Shown here one piece after another: positions 60,780 to 64,000 of a DNA stretch of 64,000 nucleotides. The translations under genes and the position numbers were made by a program. The stretch spans positions 1,216,001-1,280,000 of the forward strand of contig OY843592.1 in NCBI GenBank assembly GCA_963692865.2, read 5' to 3'. Under the pieces are notes generated by a model that was not told where the DNA came from, did not search any database, and saw only the letters and a program-made list of their open reading frames with translations. This DNA comes from a bacterium (lineage in GTDB: Bacteria; UBA8248). Every line of letters starts with the position of its first letter. Within the stretch, counting starts at the first letter, position 1.

Positions 60780-61946
60780 ATGCCGCTCCTCGAGGGTCTC
60801 AAGGTCATCGACGCCAGCCAGTTCAACGCCGGCCCCATCGTATCGCTCTATCTCGCGGGCTACGGCGCCGAGGTCGTGAAGGTGGAGCGCCCCGGCGGGG
60901 AGGACAGCCGCGCCATCGGCCCCTTCAAAAACGGCGAGAGCAGTTATTTCATGAGCCTGAACCGGGGCAAGCGCTCCATCACGCTGAACCTCAAAAACCC
61001 GCAAGGCGTAGAGGTGTTCCGGAAGCTCTGCCGGGGGGCGGACGTCCTGGTGGAGAACCTCCTGCCCGGGGTGATGGACCGCCTGGGCGTCGGCTGGGAG
61101 GCTCTGAAGGCCGAGAATCCAAGGCTCGTGTACGGCGCGGTGTCCGGCTTCGGCCGGAGCGGGAAAGACGCCGCGCGCCCCGCCTTCGACAGCCTCCTGC
61201 AGGCGGCGGGCGGCCTCATCAGCGTGACGGGGCCCGCCGGCGGCGCGCCCGTGCGCGTGGGCGTCTCCATCGTCGACGTGACGAGCGGCCTCTACCTTCT
61301 CTCGGGGATTCTCACGGCCCTGTTCCGCAGGGAGCGCACCGGCGAGGGCGCCCGCGTGGACGCCTCGATGCTGGGCGCGACCGTGAACATCATGGAAAAC
61401 CCGGTGTCGCGCCACACCTTCACCGGCGAGGCGCCCGCGCCCGAGGGCCTCTCGCATCCGGTGGTCTCTCCCTTCTCGGGCTACCGCACCAAAGACGGCC
61501 TCATATACGTCGCCATCTCGAACACGAACCGCTACCGCGCTCTCGTCGAGGCCCTGGGCAGGCCCGCCCTGGCCGACGACCCGCGCTTCGCCGAGAACAG
61601 GGACCGCGTGGCGAACGACCAGGCACTGCGCGCGATTCTCGAAGATGTTCTCGCCGGGAAGACGACCGCCGAGTGGGAGGCGGCCCTGATCCCCAAGGGC
61701 GTGCCGGTGAGCGCCATCAACGACGTGGCGCGGGTGAAGGAGCGCTTCCCCGAAGCCTTCGTCGAGGTCGACCACCCCGCCGCGGGACCCGGCCTCCTGC
61801 CCGCCTCGCCCCTCGCCTTCTCGGGCGAGACGCCCGACTTCTCCCGCCCCGCGCCCCGGCTGGGCGAGCACACCGAAGAGGTGCTCGCGGAGCTCGGCTA
61901 CACTGCCGAAGAGGCGGCCCGCATGCGCGCCGAAAACGTCGTATAA
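60780..61946 (+). CDS. Family III CoA-transferase (CaiB/BaiF)
   Basis: LEGLKVID, AGP, GAEVVKVE, NRGKRS, ADVLVEN, AFD, APRLGEHTEEVL. Confidence 0.92.
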   Translation: MPLLEGLKVIDASQFNAGPIVSLYLAGYGAEVVKVERPGGEDSRAIGPFKNGESSYFMSLNRGKRSITLNLKNPQGVEVFRKLCRGADVLVENLLPGVMDRLGVGWEALKAENPRLVYGAVSGFGRSGKDAARPAFDSLLQAAGGLISVTGPAGGAPVRVGVSIVDVTSGLYLLSGILTALFRRERTGEGARVDASMLGATVNIMENPVSRHTFTGEAPAPEGLSHPVVSPFSGYRTKDGLIYVAISNTNRYRALVEALGRPALADDPRFAENRDRVANDQALRAILEDVLAGKTTAEWEAALIPKGVPVSAINDVARVKERFPEAFVEVDHPAAGPGLLPASPLAFSGETPDFSRPAPRLGEHTEEVLAELGYTAEEAARMRAENVV

Positions 61947-62478
61947 CCGCTTAACTCCATTAAAAACAAAAAGATAAATTTTCATTTATTTATCGAAAAA
62001 CGTCATGAATTTATCCGATTTTATCCAATTTTTCACTTATTTCCGGGACGCGGGAGAGGCGTTCTCGGGCGATGCGGGCGGGCTCCGGGAATCTCCGACC
62101 GGCGAAGCGCTCCGGGCGAGAGACTCCGCGTGGGCGATGCGGGGGGTCTCCGGGCAACGCTGGGGAACGAAGTCGTCTCATCGGTTTCTCCGTGTCCGGT
62201 GAGGATGCGTCCGGTTTCCGGGATGGTTGATTCGACCCGTTGTTCCTCCCGGTTCCGGAGCGATGCGCCGGGCGCGGCGTCTTTGATCCGGAGGTGTTCG
62301 ATTCCTCCTTCCTCAGTCGGGATCGACCTCCCCGATGTCGAGAACACGGGGCTTCCCCGGTCCATTGCCCGTGGCGTAGTCTGGCGCCGCGCGCGGGTTC
62401 CGCCGGACGCGCAAATGCGGGCAAATGCGCGCGAGATCGAACGCGAGTGAGGAGGAAGGAATCGAACGCGAGTGAAGA

Positions 62479-62830
62479 GAGGTTGTTGAAAACCCCTCTC
62501 CACCTCATCCTGAGTAGCGGCGAAGCCGCGTATCGAAGGTTTGGCCCGACCGGGGAGGGAGGGTCAAACGCTCGCCCCGGCGCGAGGCGTTCGACTCTCC
62601 TCGCCCTTCGATACGCCGCCTCCGGCGGCTACTCAGGGGGAGGAAAAAGGCGTCGGGGGTTTACAGGGATCGCAGACGGGGCTTTTTCAACAAGTCCATA
62701 GATGGGGCCCATGCCGGGCGGCGAAAAAAGGCCGGGGCGCATGTATGCGCGGGGCGCTCCCGAGGAGTCGGTTCCGACCGAAGAGGGAGCCGCCGCCTGC
62801 ATCCCCCCTCTCCTCAAGGGGTCAATCCCG
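62479..62830. repeat. MITE/REP mosaic
   Basis: GAGGTTGTTGAAAA...TTTTTCAACAAG enclosing the CTCATCCTGAGTAGCGGCGAAGCCGCGTATCGAAGG module. Confidence 0.6.
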
Positions 62831-62901
62831 ACCAAGGCGGGAGGGATTGCGGTTCTCTTCTCTCTCGTCGGTTGGCGATGCCGTTCAAGTTTCGCCCCCT
62901 C

Positions 62902-62996
62902 AAGCCCCCCGGGAGTATTCACATGCTCATCGTGAACGAGAGGATCGAGATTCCCCTGCGCGAAATCCACTTCCGGTTCGCCCGCGAGACGGGGGG
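62902..62996 (+). pseudogene. Duplicated 5' fragment of arfB (RBS + ~22 codons)
   Basis: MLIVNERIEIPLREIHFRFAR vs MLIVNERLKIPLREIHFTFAR at 63896; diverges just before the GGQ motif. Confidence 0.75.
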
Positions 62997-63086
62997 CGCG
63001 GTCAGGCGCTCGCGTATCATCCGGCTCGTGGCGTCCGCCGGCGCGCGGCCGAACCGCGCGGGCCACGCCTTCGCCGCCGCATTCTA

Positions 63087-63620
63087 CTACGGATAGACGC
63101 CCAGGTCGCTGCGGCCCAGAAGCGCCTTGCCCACTTTGTCGACCTGGGCCTTCGCCTCCGCGCTCAGTATCCTCGCTTTCCCGGACCCGGGGTAGTGGGT
63201 GCAGTACGCGCTCGACGGGTCCACCGTGTTCCCGTCGCCGGCCGCGACCCGCATGGGCTGGCAACCCAGCGTCTCCCACCACGCGCCCACGCTCGCATGA
63301 CCTCCTGCGCCGTAGATCGACTTGGCCGTCGCGTTCACCAGCCGCTTCGTCTCCGGGTCGAGACCCGCGTAGGGCTTCTTCGCCGCCTGCGCCTGCGCCG
63401 GGGTCGCGCCGTCGCCGAACAGCGACGCCACCATCTCGTCCGGGGTCAGCACGTTCCACCACCGCATCGCGTAGGGGACGTCCGGCGGGGGGGTCTGAGC
63501 CGGCGCGGTCTGCGCCGCAGCGAACGTAGCCAGCACGAGCACCGCCGCCGCCAACAGCGCGCGGGACCACCTGGCGGACAGCAAACGGGCGGCTTCGTAT
63601 TTTTGATGTTTCATTTTCAT
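63087..63620 (-). CDS. Secreted hypothetical protein (Trp-rich domain with two Cys)
   Basis: AAGGAG RBS; signal peptide; MRWWNVLTPDEMVA...AWWETLGCQPMRVAAGDGN...YCTHYPGSG. Confidence 0.65.
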   Translation of the reverse strand: MKMKHQKYEAARLLSARWSRALLAAAVLVLATFAAAQTAPAQTPPPDVPYAMRWWNVLTPDEMVASLFGDGATPAQAQAAKKPYAGLDPETKRLVNATAKSIYGAGGHASVGAWWETLGCQPMRVAAGDGNTVDPSSAYCTHYPGSGKARILSAEAKAQVDKVGKALLGRSDLGVYP

Positions 63621-63895
63621 CTGTCGTCTCCTTTTTTCGCTGCGCTCGACCCCTGGCCGGTGCGTCGCCGCATCGTTTCGGACGCAGGGAACAAACGCGC
63701 GGGGCCGCGCGTGCGCCCCTCCCGGCGGAACGGCCGGAGGCTCGTGCTCGTAGATTGATTATCCGATTTGATTGATGATGTCGTTTCGAATATACATCGA
63801 AGCGATCGTTTCGTCCATCATCATTTACGTGAAGGAACGACGGAGAACCCGCCTTCCGCAGCCGCCGCCCAACCGAAGCCCCCGGGAGGATCCAC

Positions 63896-64000
63896 GTGCT
63901 CATCGTGAACGAGAGGCTCAAGATTCCCCTGCGCGAAATCCACTTCACCTTCGCGCGCGCGGGGGGCCCCGGCGGGCAGCGCGTGAACAAGACCTCGACC
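63896..64000 (+). CDS. arfB: Alternative ribosome-rescue peptidyl-tRNA hydrolase ArfB (partial, runs off the window)
   Basis: GGAGG RBS, GTG start, IPLREIHFTFARAGGPGGQRVNKTST with the GGQ motif. Confidence 0.85.
   Translation, partial: MLIVNERLKIPLREIHFTFARAGGPGGQRVNKTST

Noticed and set aside
1-64000. Autonomous transposase, RAYT, integrase or prophage genes
   Set aside because: No DDE, HUH or tyrosine/serine recombinase motifs and no phage structural genes seen in any credible ORF.

Overview
High-GC bacterial chromosomal window from a diderm. Ankyrin, pentapeptide, TauD, tandem SulP, restriction-modification and toxin-antitoxin genes, plus a heavy load of intergenic repeats, suggest a host-associated lineage such as a marine sponge symbiont; this is inference only. 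It holds about 42 genes: housekeeping (addB/addA-like, hom, rpmG-rpmB, hemQ/chdC, selA, selB, partial arfB), many catabolic enzymes and transporters, and a partial Type IIG R-M gene that the ORF track misses. Most intergenic spaces from 3-46 kb, and again near 62.5 kb, are mosaics of MITE-like elements with GGGG(T/C)TGTTGAAAAA ends carrying interchangeable REP-like palindromic modules; no transposase is present. Main leads: (i) an AT-rich, coupled ABC-ATPase + PD-(D/E)XK-like nuclease pair sitting where a higB toxin used to be, a candidate uncharacterised defence system; (ii) a TbpB-like lipoprotein + Slam pair (type XI secretion) whose cargo gene is bracketed by ~400-bp direct repeats and has a duplicated leader; (iii) three 41-47-bp palindromes on the start of an AAA+/DUF4143 gene; (iv) a cargo gene between two copies of the arfB 5' end; (v) a 23-bp repeat-like insertion that frameshifts a GNAT gene; (vi) a selA-hydrolase-selB-Cys-less PLP lyase cluster. 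All calls come from reading motifs by eye; no searches were run.
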